From the IMG/VR virus record IMGVR_UViG_3300046323_000511, positions 1 to 62,007 of that record: DNA of 62,007 nucleotides; one strand, 5' to 3'. Under the pieces are notes generated by a model. That model ran no database searches. It saw nothing but the letters and a program-made list of their open reading frames with translations, and was not told where the DNA came from. Positions 36,305 to 46,977 of the stretch are shown here, in pieces (the stretch's first letter is position 1; the number at the start of each line of letters is the position of its first letter). Origin of the DNA: a virus (Duplodnaviria > Caudoviricetes). The translations under genes and the position numbers were made by a program.

Positions 36305-39300
36305 TTAATTTGTATGGCCTCCGCTGTACGAATAGCCAATATTTGTGTAATATAATTCTACTTTTTCTGTATTTGTGTTATTCACAAGCCTTATTCTTAG
36401 CCAGATACTTTTCAATTCATCCCCTCGGAATATCGCATTGGTAACATTTGGCGTATTTTGATCCCTAAGAAACTGCGCATAGTGTTTGCCTTCCTTTGAA
36501 ACGAAATCCGCTAAGGTAAGGTTGCTGGATTGTAAATTTTCATTCAAAATCTGTATTGCTTGCCATAAATGGCTGGATTCCACTACGAGGTTCTGCCAGT
36601 TTTTGACCACTCCCGGGTTTTGAAAACCTGTGATGAATTCTATCTCGGAATTATACTGGATTCCGAAAAAATTATTGAATAGTGCATTTGAATTCTGTAG
36701 CCAAAGATTTGCGTTCTCGTCAAATATCACAAAGTTATTGTTCACATTCTGGTAGGCAGTCTTTCCAAAAAAACTATATGGTGGTAACCATCCGTTTCTT
36801 TTTTCGCTGTACCCATAGCATACATCGCCAAAATCAATGTAATACCTCTTTGATGCCGGATCCACAAAACCCTTCACCACCACATTTGCATTTGCTATCT
36901 CCTTACTTTTCTGCGTAAAGTATTTCTGCATTTTGTAATCGCTTATCACGGTTATTCCGTCCTGTGCGTATTTCAATACTGCTCCCTTTGTTACATCGTA
37001 CCAATAAATATTATTATCCATTTCCACGGCACTTTCTGGATGCTTAGTGCCGTAATTACCCCTTAATTCATTACTGCCCCCTAGAACCTTATCCGATATG
37101 GATACCACACTTTGCCCTGCTAAATCGCTTAATACATTTTGTTCTATATATACGCTTATAGCTGTTTTCTCCTGTAATATCAGTAGTATATCATTGTTCT
37201 TTATAAGCCTATTTATTTCCCCATTTTCCACAGGGAATATATTTTCGTTTAATCCCTCGAAACTACTTAACCCATTAATTTGTGTATTCTGTACAAATTT
37301 ATTTGAAAATCTTACCGCACTTCTTTTAATTTCTGTTTTGGCTTCTCCTACCACACTATTAGGCCTTCCTGTGTTTGTTGTCCATATCCCCCTTTGCAAA
37401 AACTCAAAGAAAAATCCACCAAAACTGCTTACGCTTTGACCGAACAGAGACCAATACGGTTTACATCTCCTTCTCTCGAATGCCTGATCTGTATCCCATC
37501 TGCTTGTTGTTAATCCAGATCCAATATCATATCCGAAATAACTATTAAACTGTAAATTTCCACAAAACATTGTCTCGCCTTGCTGTATCACTCCACTAGC
37601 TGTTCCGTGGCTTCTGCTAGGAGTTTTTGGATTTAGAATAGAGTAGACTTTTCCTATTTCGTAATAGAAGAAATTAGTATCTACTATTTTCCTAGGTCTA
37701 TATACTTCTGCCTGTATATGGAAGTCTCTGGCAATACTCGCTGCGTTGTCGAAATCAATATACACGCCTCCCCAAAAATTCCCATTGGTGCTAACTGCCA
37801 CTCTTTTGCCTCTTTGCTCTATTATTTCCTTGTCTATGAAATTAATATCGGTGGTAGTCCCAATATTCCCACCATTTTTCACAACAAGTCTTATTCTGTC
37901 CCCTATCTCAAAAACATATCCATCCTCTACTGTGAACCACACTTCCTGTGCGCTGGCACAAGCCGCTGCATCTGAAAACAATGCTATATTTGGCGTTGTT
38001 CTGCTGGTGGTACTTTCATCTGTGAACCCAAGTATATACCAAGTAAATCTATTTTCTTCGGAAGTCCTGAAAAACTGTACCCTCCAAAAGTAGTCGTATG
38101 TTTGATTCTCTGTCGCCACTATCTGGTAGGTAGTAGCCCAATCAGGTGGCTGGTGGTTGATGGTGAAACCGATATTTGCAAGTCTACTTGAATACACCTT
38201 TGTTTCTCCTGAAACTACGTAACTTGTTTCTGTGATTCCCGGGGAAGTTAAACTAAAGGCTGGTCTTGTGCTTGCTATTTTTTCCCCTTGGTGTGGCACA
38301 TATACATTCATAGCCTCGTTAGTGTTTACCCCTCCACTTCGCCCGTATTCATCATAATATACTATCCCGTATGATATTTTACTTCCTCTTTTTATAAATG
38401 TACACACCTTTTCGTTTACTCCTACGCTTGAAAATTCCTGAGTTGCAGGATCAATTGCCAAGAAATTGACTACTAGGCTTACATTTGGCTCTATATTTGG
38501 GTATCCTTCAGTATTATTTCCAAGAAATAGCCTGCCGGAATGCCCTTCTAGTGTCTTGGATAATAATGGAATTGCATCAAAAAGTTTTACGGTCTCTGCA
38601 CTAGATATGCCCTGCAATGCCTTGTCGTTCCAAAAATCTATCTCGAAATTTGGAACATATTTATATCTTGAATACAAGTTGAATGTACCTGTATTGGTCG
38701 TTCTTACAAGTAATTCTATGTATTTTATTTCACTTGAATAATATACTGCATTATCTTTATTGGCTGTTTCTTCGTATAAATCTAATTTTATGAAGATAGT
38801 GGCTAAATGAGGCTCTGTAAACGTTGAATAAGGACTAACTGCACTTTTTTCATCATCGAAAAATACGTACCTGTACGCAAATTGAAATGAGTTCTTAGCT
38901 AGTTCCTTTCCTTTATTGTTTGGATTTATATCGAATGTGCTATATATATTGATGGGGAATACAGGTGTCGGCCTTGCCAAATTGAATTGAAATTCCAAAT
39001 AAGGTTGCAAATAGTAGTTTTCGCATACGATTGAATAGTTTATCGTATCACTCCCTATATTACTTATATTAACTGATTGGTATCCTGCCACATCTCCCAC
39101 TAGCAATATGTAGTCATCCACTATGCTTGCTGTAAGTTGCCCTGCAAAACTAGCATTAAAAGCATCTCTGTAACTTATAAGGCTTGCATTGTCAAATCCC
39201 CAAGTTCCTGCAAATACATTGGTGGCAGCTACTCGGAGTGTTAAGCCTGTGGCAGCCACTTGGCTAAAACTATTAAATCCGGGTGGCACTACTGTCACAC

Positions 39301-39784
39301 CGTATTTCTTTGTAAAATAAATCCTATATCTTATTCTTTGCGTGTTGTCTAGTTTTCCTAGATTAATTCTTCTCTGCGGATTCAGATTGTCCGTAAAGCA
39401 CAATATCTTATCAAAAAGTGCTATCCCCGTAATCCTGAAATTCGTGTTGAATTTTAGGAATGCACCTTGTAAGACAAGTAGTATATTGCCTGTTTCATAG
39501 AAGTACCTAAAAATAGAATGGTTATTTCCTGAGTTATGCACAAAATAAATTACCGAATTATTTACCCGGTCTCTGTACGTACCTATCACAGTATTTGTTC
39601 CGATTGGCAGGTTCGGGTTGGACACGATTGTATTACCCTTCATATTGGTAAGTATCTGCCCTGTGCCTGTAAGTATATTGCCATCATCAAGATTCAGGCC
39701 TCCTGTCATATCCCCGGATTGCAGAAACCTTTCCTCATCATCGGTATTTAGTCTGAAAAAAATATGTTTTTGATACTCCTTCAT
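36305..39784 (-). CDS. Tail stabilization/nozzle protein (P22 gp10-like, crAss muzzle-like)
   Basis: 1159 aa beta-rich; LNTDDEERF, FTDNLNPQRRIN, QFAYRYVFFDDEKS, YGIVYYDEYGRS, NYGTKHPES, KEGKHYA motifs. Confidence 0.8.
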   Translation of the reverse strand: MKEYQKHIFFRLNTDDEERFLQSGDMTGGLNLDDGNILTGTGQILTNMKGNTIVSNPNLPIGTNTVIGTYRDRVNNSVIYFVHNSGNNHSIFRYFYETGNILLVLQGAFLKFNTNFRITGIALFDKILCFTDNLNPQRRINLGKLDNTQRIRYRIYFTKKYGVTVVPPGFNSFSQVAATGLTLRVAATNVFAGTWGFDNASLISYRDAFNASFAGQLTASIVDDYILLVGDVAGYQSVNISNIGSDTINYSIVCENYYLQPYLEFQFNLARPTPVFPINIYSTFDINPNNKGKELAKNSFQFAYRYVFFDDEKSAVSPYSTFTEPHLATIFIKLDLYEETANKDNAVYYSSEIKYIELLVRTTNTGTFNLYSRYKYVPNFEIDFWNDKALQGISSAETVKLFDAIPLLSKTLEGHSGRLFLGNNTEGYPNIEPNVSLVVNFLAIDPATQEFSSVGVNEKVCTFIKRGSKISYGIVYYDEYGRSGGVNTNEAMNVYVPHQGEKIASTRPAFSLTSPGITETSYVVSGETKVYSSRLANIGFTINHQPPDWATTYQIVATENQTYDYFWRVQFFRTSEENRFTWYILGFTDESTTSRTTPNIALFSDAAACASAQEVWFTVEDGYVFEIGDRIRLVVKNGGNIGTTTDINFIDKEIIEQRGKRVAVSTNGNFWGGVYIDFDNAASIARDFHIQAEVYRPRKIVDTNFFYYEIGKVYSILNPKTPSRSHGTASGVIQQGETMFCGNLQFNSYFGYDIGSGLTTSRWDTDQAFERRRCKPYWSLFGQSVSSFGGFFFEFLQRGIWTTNTGRPNSVVGEAKTEIKRSAVRFSNKFVQNTQINGLSSFEGLNENIFPVENGEINRLIKNNDILLILQEKTAISVYIEQNVLSDLAGQSVVSISDKVLGGSNELRGNYGTKHPESAVEMDNNIYWYDVTKGAVLKYAQDGITVISDYKMQKYFTQKSKEIANANVVVKGFVDPASKRYYIDFGDVCYGYSEKRNGWLPPYSFFGKTAYQNVNNNFVIFDENANLWLQNSNALFNNFFGIQYNSEIEFITGFQNPGVVKNWQNLVVESSHLWQAIQILNENLQSSNLTLADFVSKEGKHYAQFLRDQNTPNVTNAIFRGDELKSIWLRIRLVNNTNTEKVELYYTNIGYSYSGGHTN

Positions 39785-40509
39785 TATTTAACTTTCACAA
39801 TTACTTTACCAAAATACCTCACAGATATATTGTACACGTCTTTTGCAGTCATCTTATTAAACCTTCCCCTTGCCATTTTCCTAGCATCATTATATTTTTT
39901 TTCGTATTTATCTGATAGTCTCATCATTAATGGATTGTGCAATGCGTATTCAGATTTAATGCGCCACAAAATCATTTGTTCGGCTTGCACAGGTATCATC
40001 GTTTCTCCTGCTAGTTGGTAGGGAGTTGCCAAATATCGCAAATACACGTCCTGCAAATCTACGTCTGGTGAAAACCGAATGGTCGCTTCCTTGTCTTGGT
40101 ACTTAAAATACCTTGTGTCTCCATTGGTGCAACAAGTATCTAGCTTTATATTCTCTACATTTATTGGTGGATCCTCTGTCGTGTCTGGTTCTTGTATTAC
40201 GCCACATTCGGAGTTGTGTATAAAACTGATTACCCCGTTCTGTATGTACCCAACTTTTATCCAAGTCATAAAATCAGGCGGAACTTGGATGGTTCTGTTG
40301 TCCCTCATTGGGATTGATACATCATCTATATTACCTTTGATATCTAAGTTCAAATCCTGCACTCCGTAATAAGCATAATTCAAGAACTTGAAATAGTTGT
40401 GCATACTATCCCCATCGAAGTCTAAAAGTGCCTTCCTCACTATTGAATCTAATGTTACGAATGCAGCGCTTGGATGTCCTGTGTCGCTCTGTGATTTTGT
40501 AATACTCAT
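39784..40509 (-). CDS. Tail tubular/ring protein
   Basis: 241 aa; VPPDFMTWIKV, VYLRYLA pattern; position before nozzle gene. Confidence 0.65.
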   Translation of the reverse strand: MSITKSQSDTGHPSAAFVTLDSIVRKALLDFDGDSMHNYFKFLNYAYYGVQDLNLDIKGNIDDVSIPMRDNRTIQVPPDFMTWIKVGYIQNGVISFIHNSECGVIQEPDTTEDPPINVENIKLDTCCTNGDTRYFKYQDKEATIRFSPDVDLQDVYLRYLATPYQLAGETMIPVQAEQMILWRIKSEYALHNPLMMRLSDKYEKKYNDARKMARGRFNKMTAKDVYNISVRYFGKVIVKVK

Positions 40510-40511
40510 AG

Positions 40512-41498
40512 TTAATAGTGTATGTAATAGTATACAGGCATATTTTTAGGCCTGGTTTCGGATTCTCCAAATTCCTTGCATTCGTGGGAATGCGCTGGAA
40601 TTTCAATATCGAATTCAATCTTTTTTTCTTCGATTGGTTCAATACTGATACTAGGAGTGAAACTTATTTCATCTAGGGATAAAGATAATTCATTTCCTTT
40701 TATTTCCCTAACTACCAAGTCTAATTTTGTATCTATGGCTTGTAAATATATTTCGTGGGTATGTTCTCCCGTATCGCTGGTATCTACCGAAAATTTGAAT
40801 TCATCCTTGTACTCGTGTAACTTATTCACCTTGTCGGCTTCCTGCATAGTGTATGCTCTTCTTTCTCCGAAACCGTCTGGTATCATCTCCGATTTAAGGT
40901 TTGTTTCTTTGTAGTTCGTGGAATGGTTTCTTTCAAGTTCTATGTATGCCGTATGGGTATGCGCTCCTGCTTCCTTGGTTTGCCCTGTAAACTCGATCTT
41001 AGATATATTTGCTTTTTCTACCTCGAACCTTAAATCAGGCATTCTAACTTTGCCTTCAGGTCGTACTGGATTTATCTTTATTTCGCTATGGAAATCTTGC
41101 TTCGGGATAACTATCTCTATGCCTATTTTTTCGGCTTCCTGCCCTGTTATTTCGTGCGTGTGTTCTTTTACCGTGTCTTCTTCTGGTTCGGAAAACTTTC
41201 TTTTCCCTGTGTTGCCTCGCAAAAACATACCTGTATAATTAGGCGTTCTTTCTGAATTAAGGAAAGAAATAAGTCCTTTTGCTTTTTCGGGTATTGCTTT
41301 CCCATCGCAAAGCAGTAGTCGGTTTGAGTTTAAAAAATCCTTGTCTGGTTTTACTGGGTATATTTCTATACTGCCTACTTTATTGCCTTTCTCAAACAGA
41401 TAAAATATCGTATCAATCAAACATTTAGATTCCATTTCTCCTATTTTCTTATTCAGGAGTTCGGTAAGGGATTCTATATTTTGCCTATTGTCATGCAT
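40512..41498 (-). CDS. Tail-collar-domain protein
   Basis: LLCDGKAI..PNYTGMFLRG..EHTHEI..HSH..ETRPKNMPVYYYI. Confidence 0.7.
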   Translation of the reverse strand: MHDNRQNIESLTELLNKKIGEMESKCLIDTIFYLFEKGNKVGSIEIYPVKPDKDFLNSNRLLLCDGKAIPEKAKGLISFLNSERTPNYTGMFLRGNTGKRKFSEPEEDTVKEHTHEITGQEAEKIGIEIVIPKQDFHSEIKINPVRPEGKVRMPDLRFEVEKANISKIEFTGQTKEAGAHTHTAYIELERNHSTNYKETNLKSEMIPDGFGERRAYTMQEADKVNKLHEYKDEFKFSVDTSDTGEHTHEIYLQAIDTKLDLVVREIKGNELSLSLDEISFTPSISIEPIEEKKIEFDIEIPAHSHECKEFGESETRPKNMPVYYYIHY

Positions 41499-41501
41499 AT
41501 A

Positions 41502-42143
41502 TTAAGAGATTTCATCCACTGCCTTGTCTTGCGTAACATTTAAAAATGGAGCTCTCAGTCTCAATATTTCTGCCACTATCCTTTTTTCCATATCTGCACT
41601 CACGGCAAGTTCATCCCCTATGCCTATATCCTGGCTGTCTGGCACAAGTCTTACAAGCAATGGTTTTGGCATAAGTGATGGGTCATTATTGGAATAGAGT
41701 TTGTTGACATTCCCTGTGAAATATATTCTCTTGCCTTCTGGATAGTACCCACATTTATTTTCTAGGTATCCTGCTTCAAGCCCTCCTCCTAATTCATTGT
41801 GTCCGTTGTACATTGGTATAAAAGATTCTCTGATTTCATCCCTTGGTCTTATGGATAATATACCCTTATCCATCGGGAATTTTATAGGCCTAGCAGGGAG
41901 AAGTATATATCTCCTGCCGTTGTCGGTGAGGAGTGCGAAATTACCATAGGTTTTTATATACTCACCTGGTATCATCTGTATTCCTTTTGCCTCGTTTTGC
42001 AGGTACTCGTCTACAATCATTTCAGACCTTAGTTGGTCTATATCATTTGCTATCTCTCTTTCATCTATCTTAAAGTCCTTTGTTCGGTCTCCTGCTGCTA
42101 GAATCCTAAGTATCTTGGATGATATTTTAAGTTTTGTTGTCAT
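41502..42143 (-). CDS. Tail ring/adaptor protein
   Basis: 213 aa; position and size in the tail module. Confidence 0.55.
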   Translation of the reverse strand: MTTKLKISSKILRILAAGDRTKDFKIDEREIANDIDQLRSEMIVDEYLQNEAKGIQMIPGEYIKTYGNFALLTDNGRRYILLPARPIKFPMDKGILSIRPRDEIRESFIPMYNGHNELGGGLEAGYLENKCGYYPEGKRIYFTGNVNKLYSNNDPSLMPKPLLVRLVPDSQDIGIGDELAVSADMEKRIVAEILRLRAPFLNVTQDKAVDEIS

Positions 42144-42835
42144 TAATTGTTCCTTTCCTCCTGAGTTGCAAGTCCGTACATTTCCCCATCTTTCAACTGC
42201 ATTCCTGCAAGTTTAAGGGTTTTCATTAGCAAATCATTGTGCGTACTTTCTACCATATCTATCTGTACGCTTCCTGTTGGATTATACACAGGTCTATCAG
42301 AAACTACCGTATAATTCCACTTAGGCTTTAATGGCTTACGCAGGTAAGTAATATCTATACTTGTGATTGTGTTTGGTGCTACATTAATAAGATTTTCAAA
42401 CTGTAATGCAATTGGATAGTCTTCTGAAACTTCCAACAACTGATCCTGCAATCTCATTGTCCAAGCCCCATTATCTATGATTTCCACATTGGTTCTATTG
42501 GCGGATGGATTTATATCAAAACTTCTTCCCTGTGGCAAATGAATTTCAAGCAGATAGAAATAATCAACTGGAAGAGTTGCTACCCCTGCTGTTACTGTTA
42601 AAGTACTTGGTGTTTCCAAGGTACTTAAATCATCCTTTACTCTTTGGCTAATTGAATACCCGTTATTTGTTACGCCTTTGCCTATGGCATATTTTTCAGG
42701 ACTTCCTACCCGGCTTGTGGCAAATTGCCATAATACCATTTCAAGGTAGTTATCTATTTCCTCTGGGGAAATATAACCACCTAACGGCTTATTAAACAAC
42801 TGTCTGAATTTTGTATGAAAATCGTCAATACCCAT
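42143..42835 (-). CDS. Tail tubular/head-tail adaptor protein
   Basis: NKPLGGYISPEEID, LPVDY, TYLRKPLKPKWNY typical of crAss-like ring proteins. Confidence 0.7.
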   Translation of the reverse strand: MGIDDFHTKFRQLFNKPLGGYISPEEIDNYLEMVLWQFATSRVGSPEKYAIGKGVTNNGYSISQRVKDDLSTLETPSTLTVTAGVATLPVDYFYLLEIHLPQGRSFDINPSANRTNVEIIDNGAWTMRLQDQLLEVSEDYPIALQFENLINVAPNTITSIDITYLRKPLKPKWNYTVVSDRPVYNPTGSVQIDMVESTHNDLLMKTLKLAGMQLKDGEMYGLATQEERNN

Positions 42836-43117
42836 CTACTCTTTGTTATCGGTGTTGTTTTTTCTCAAAGATTCTATATACTCATCGTGCTTTACGATTT
42901 TGAAGTTACTCGTGTATGCCTTCATTATCTGAAGCATTTCGGATCCGAATGGCACACTTAATCCAACTATGCAGACATACCACATATTGGCTTTGAAATT
43001 TTCATCAAACTTCATTTCAGTCATCGCTTCGGAAAAGCCTATAACTAGGTACGGTAGCATTATAAAAAATGAAAGTACGATTTTATATTTATTAAACATT
43101 GCGTTTATTTTTGCCAT
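42836..43117 (-). CDS. Two-TM membrane protein (holin candidate)
   Basis: Two hydrophobic segments and charged C-terminus; downstream of endolysin. Confidence 0.55.
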   Translation of the reverse strand: MAKINAMFNKYKIVLSFFIMLPYLVIGFSEAMTEMKFDENFKANMWYVCIVGLSVPFGSEMLQIMKAYTSNFKIVKHDEYIESLRKNNTDNKE

Positions 43118-43123
43118 TTATTT

Positions 43124-43390
43124 TTATTTTCTGTTTTTATAATACCAACTTGATTTTATTATTTTTTTATCAATCATCCATTTTTTCAGATTATCCCACA
43201 TTCTTACCATAGGCATAAGAAAGAATGCGGAAAATAATGTGTTGAAAAACAACATCATAAAAGACACGAATGCCACGCCTATAAGTGATCCTATATTCCA
43301 TTGTTCCCATACAGAAATATCTATCAATACCGTTGCTATGCTTGTTTTTATTAGCATCATTAAATCTATATGGTCAAGCATTTTGTTCAT
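43124..43390 (-). CDS. Membrane protein (holin candidate)
   Basis: Start MNKMLDHI at 43390 by ATGA coupling; long hydrophobic stretch and basic tail. Confidence 0.55.
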   Translation of the reverse strand: MNKMLDHIDLMMLIKTSIATVLIDISVWEQWNIGSLIGVAFVSFMMLFFNTLFSAFFLMPMVRMWDNLKKWMIDKKIIKSSWYYKNRK

Positions 43391-43521
43391 AGTTGGTTGA
43401 ATATGTATTCCAAAATAGCAAAAATTCCTACTACAGTAATAAATCCTATGACGACAATTGTAAGATAAACCTCTATTGATTGTCCCCACTCTCCAAAGAA
43501 TTCCTTTATTTTTTTATACAT
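43387..43521 (-). CDS. 44-aa single-TM protein
   Basis: Manual translation MYKKIKEFFGEWGQSIEVYLTIVVIGFITVVGIFAILEYIFNQL. Confidence 0.5.
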   Translation of the reverse strand: MYKKIKEFFGEWGQSIEVYLTIVVIGFITVVGIFAILEYIFNQL

Positions 43522-43524
43522 TTT

Positions 43525-43635
43525 TTATGTCAAGAAATCAAATACCATAATAATCATTATGACCACCATCATTCCAAGTATTATATACACAAATCCTGCG
43601 TTTGGGTTTCTACTATTGTTTGAAAATCGGCTCAT
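43525..43635 (-). CDS. 36-aa single-TM protein
   Basis: Manual translation MSRFSNNSRNPNAGFVYIILGMMVVIMIIMVFDFLT. Confidence 0.45.
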   Translation of the reverse strand: MSRFSNNSRNPNAGFVYIILGMMVVIMIIMVFDFLT

Positions 43636-44443
43636 TCGGGTTTTGTCTGTAATAGTTGTACCATTGTGCTAGTCTTGTATCGTATTGGTGTACTGCGTAT
43701 CCCTCTCCATTATATCCGAATGCGAATGCTACCCAATTCTTTGTAAGCAGGTGTACATAGAGATTATTAGCTTGCAGGAATTTTGCGAATGCCACCAACT
43801 GATTTTTTTCATTTTCCTCCATTTTAGCCACAAACTGTTCTATGCTTTCATACCCTAATGATTGCCAATGGTAACCCATTATCTGGAAAAGTCCCCAAGA
43901 AGCGCTTTCTAGTGCTGCCTTGGTGTGTAATTTCTTTGCCTTATCCATCCTGTCCCATTCAAACTCCCATCCTTTGTATTTTGTCTTATCCCATCTAGGA
44001 TACAGCACATCTGAGTATCCCTGTACAAGCGCTGGGTTTCCTCCGTATACAGCCAGTCTCCACCAAAATATATGTCCCTCGAATAATATGAGGGGCCTGC
44101 TGGATGGCAGAAATCCTGTGCCATATAGTGATTCTACTTTTATCACAGCCTTTATGGCTGCCTTCTCTATACCAAAGGATAATGCCACATCCTGAATATT
44201 TCTTTCGGAAATTTTTTTTCCGGGTTTTTCTTTCTCGGATTGTGAAATTTCGTTTTGGATCCTGGAAACAGTCACTATTCCTGCAATGCCATCTGCCACT
44301 AGGTCTCTGGATTTTTGAAACTCCTTCACCACGGCTTCGGTTATCCGCCCAAAGTCCCCATCTGCAACACAGGGAAACCCAAGTTGGGATAGTCCTTCTT
44401 GAAGCCACTTGACTTCTTCGCCTCTGTCTCCTTTTTTAATCAT
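43613..44443 (-). CDS. Modular endolysin: PG_binding_1 + DUF3380 N-acetylmuramidase
   Basis: GDRGEEVKWLQ..ADGDFG..DGIAG; AVIKVES, ILFEGHIF, ASWGLFQIMG, YNGEGY. Confidence 0.92.
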   Translation of the reverse strand: MIKKGDRGEEVKWLQEGLSQLGFPCVADGDFGRITEAVVKEFQKSRDLVADGIAGIVTVSRIQNEISQSEKEKPGKKISERNIQDVALSFGIEKAAIKAVIKVESLYGTGFLPSSRPLILFEGHIFWWRLAVYGGNPALVQGYSDVLYPRWDKTKYKGWEFEWDRMDKAKKLHTKAALESASWGLFQIMGYHWQSLGYESIEQFVAKMEENEKNQLVAFAKFLQANNLYVHLLTKNWVAFAFGYNGEGYAVHQYDTRLAQWYNYYRQNPNEPIFKQ

Positions 44444-44736
44444 TGTTTTACGATTTGCGTACCGTTCACGAATACGTTTTCTCTGTCACCTATCACCACC
44501 ACATTCACTTCGTTTACGCTGTCTGAATAACTAAATGTATGTTTTTGGTTCGGAACTTTTTCAATGATAAACTTTGGCAGAAATCTCTTCAAATCTGCAA
44601 TCGGCATTGTAAAATCAAATGTTTTTCTATTCTTGTCTAGCAAGATGCCGTTATCGGCAAGTATCTTTTTGAAGATTTCAAGTGCTATCGCAATAGCTAC
44701 TTTTTTTAATCCTAGAAATTCGATAATTTTTTTCAT
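44440..44736 (-). CDS. Hypothetical protein
   Basis: 98 aa, coupled to endolysin. Confidence 0.65.
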   Translation of the reverse strand: MKKIIEFLGLKKVAIAIALEIFKKILADNGILLDKNRKTFDFTMPIADLKRFLPKFIIEKVPNQKHTFSYSDSVNEVNVVVIGDRENVFVNGTQIVKQ

Positions 44737-44746
44737 ATTCTTGTTT

Positions 44747-46486
44747 TTATATTTTTGTTTTTTTGTATAAAAATGATGTTCCCAATTCCACTAATATTGA
44801 GTAGTTGCTATATACGATTGATGTGAAATTACTAAGCAAACTAGCTAAGTTTATGATAGGCACAATGCTAGTTCTGCTATCCACAATTACCACATTTGTT
44901 ACGGCAATTGTACCACTCTCCTTTGTAATAAGAAACGGTGTTCCCGGATTGCTGTATATCGTTGTTCCTATTATAATTATGTTTATTATTTTTGGGGAAA
45001 CGCCCGTATTGAGCATAATCATTTTTTTAGAGGCAGTAGATACTTGTACCGTGCAAGAATCCATTACAATATCTAATGCTAGAGGATTGTTTGATAGCAA
45101 AATCATTTCGTCCAAAAGTGTAATCGTGCATCTTTGCAGTAGTATTCTTCGGAATGCGCATTGAATATCGTTGTCTATTTGACAATCAATGCAGATTATT
45201 TCTTTGTCTGCATAATTACCTAGATTAAGTTCTGTGCTGATTGAATAAATAATACACCTACTTGCCTCTATGTCTGCGTTTACTACAAATAAAAATATGC
45301 TGGTATCTGATAAGATAACAGTTCCGTTTGTGGTTGTTAGCTGATTTTCAAAAATACAACTTTTTAATTTTAATTGACCACTTGCATTTTGAGTAATGAT
45401 TACACTTGAAGAAAAACTGAATTTGCCTATTCCTTCAAAAATAACTTCGATTATTCCACTAATATTAAAATTAATTGGGTCTGAAAATTCTGCACCTATA
45501 CCTATAATTCTGATTGGATTTATAATATTAATAGTTCCAGTATCTGCGTATAATCCTGGATTAATTATTATCGTATCTCCTCCTAGTGCTATACTACAAG
45601 CTCTTGCAAGTGTTCTACAAGGCAAATCTATCCTGCCTATGAGTTCTGTTCTGGTCAAAGAATCATTCCCACTTGGGGCATTTGTATCTACATATATAGT
45701 TTTTCCAGAAGAGGATATAACTTGATTATAAAATCCTTTCACATTAGCCCCATTTGTGCCATAATACTGTAATGGGGAGGTTATACCATTGATTGATTCC
45801 GCTTGATCCACTATTCCATTGTCTGCTGTATCGTATACAGCCTTAGTCATATCTCCTCCAACTGCAACACCAGGAAACAAGTAAAACCCTTTTACTCCTA
45901 GATTGTTTGTTCCATAGTAACTTAGGGCTGGCGCTACTCCTAAAACTACATTGGCGTTTTGTATACTGCCCTGTATCAAACTTCCAAATGTCTTTACCCC
46001 TAATACGGTTTCATCTCCTGTCGTATGTACATAATCAGATTCTAAAAATCCTACTATATCCGATTTACTCAAATTCCTAGAAAAAGGTTTCCAAGTAATG
46101 GATGGCGTTATGTCTGTGTTTGCCTGAAATCCAATATTCCCCCCTATCCAACTTTGTCCTGCAAAACTGCCTTGCTGTATTGTAACAATAACTACGGGTT
46201 TAGACAAAAAATCTTTTGGTGCAATATTCAAAGGAAATGCGTTATTGGCTGCCCCCTGAGAACCTTTTGCCCCTAGTCTGTAAATCAGTTGTTTTGTAGG
46301 CAACTCTGGTGTCCCTACTGAAAAAACGTCCAAATGCTTGGCAAGTAAAATATACTCATTCTCGGCAAAAGTAAGCCCATCGTACCCATCTACTAGCGAA
46401 AAAGGTACATCGTTATTGAATTGGACAAGTGCCTTAACAGCAATGCCATTCAAATTTTGACTATCGTATATTTTATTGTCTGTCAT
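44747..46486 (-). CDS. Tail fibre/spike with C-terminal beta-helix
   Basis: VHTTGDETVLGVKTF, repeated YYGTNxxxVKGFY, TIYVD..GND..PCRTL..GDTIIINPGLY followed by Ile/Asn-rich beta-helix. Confidence 0.7.
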   Translation of the reverse strand: MTDNKIYDSQNLNGIAVKALVQFNNDVPFSLVDGYDGLTFAENEYILLAKHLDVFSVGTPELPTKQLIYRLGAKGSQGAANNAFPLNIAPKDFLSKPVVIVTIQQGSFAGQSWIGGNIGFQANTDITPSITWKPFSRNLSKSDIVGFLESDYVHTTGDETVLGVKTFGSLIQGSIQNANVVLGVAPALSYYGTNNLGVKGFYLFPGVAVGGDMTKAVYDTADNGIVDQAESINGITSPLQYYGTNGANVKGFYNQVISSSGKTIYVDTNAPSGNDSLTRTELIGRIDLPCRTLARACSIALGGDTIIINPGLYADTGTINIINPIRIIGIGAEFSDPINFNISGIIEVIFEGIGKFSFSSSVIITQNASGQLKLKSCIFENQLTTTNGTVILSDTSIFLFVVNADIEASRCIIYSISTELNLGNYADKEIICIDCQIDNDIQCAFRRILLQRCTITLLDEMILLSNNPLALDIVMDSCTVQVSTASKKMIMLNTGVSPKIINIIIIGTTIYSNPGTPFLITKESGTIAVTNVVIVDSRTSIVPIINLASLLSNFTSIVYSNYSILVELGTSFLYKKTKI

Positions 46487-46491
46487 TTCTT

Positions 46492-46977
46492 TTACAGTTG
46501 ATGTGTAATTAAAACCTTAAAGGGCTTATTCAATGTCGCTATATTGGATGGGTCTGTTCTTACTATAATATCCGTTGCGGTATAATCTAAAAGACACAAA
46601 AACAGTGCATCGTTATATGAAAATGGCACATATTCATTTGCATTATACTCGATAACACCTTGTATGGTTATTATTTTTGTGGACACAAGCCCATGCGGAA
46701 AAGATGATTCTGCGCCTGCTATTGGTGGCGTAATTCCTGCGATGGTTTTTGTTACATAAATGGGCAGGATTAACCAATCAGAGCCAGTCCAGTATTGCAA
46801 TACATTTCCATCTGTAGCGTTTTGTATAACCAACCCTGCGTCTTGGTTTGTCAATGTTGCTGTTAATGTAATTATTTCCGCTGTTTCAAGGCTTACGGTT
46901 TTTATACCTTTATTGTTGCCTACATAAGTCCGACCTCTTGAACTACTTACTTTGCTGTCCCCAAAATTACTTTCCAT
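46492..46977 (-). CDS. Fibre-associated structural protein
   Basis: GLVIQNATDGNVLQYWTGSDW fibre motif. Confidence 0.6.
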   Translation of the reverse strand: MESNFGDSKVSSSRGRTYVGNNKGIKTVSLETAEIITLTATLTNQDAGLVIQNATDGNVLQYWTGSDWLILPIYVTKTIAGITPPIAGAESSFPHGLVSTKIITIQGVIEYNANEYVPFSYNDALFLCLLDYTATDIIVRTDPSNIATLNKPFKVLITHQL

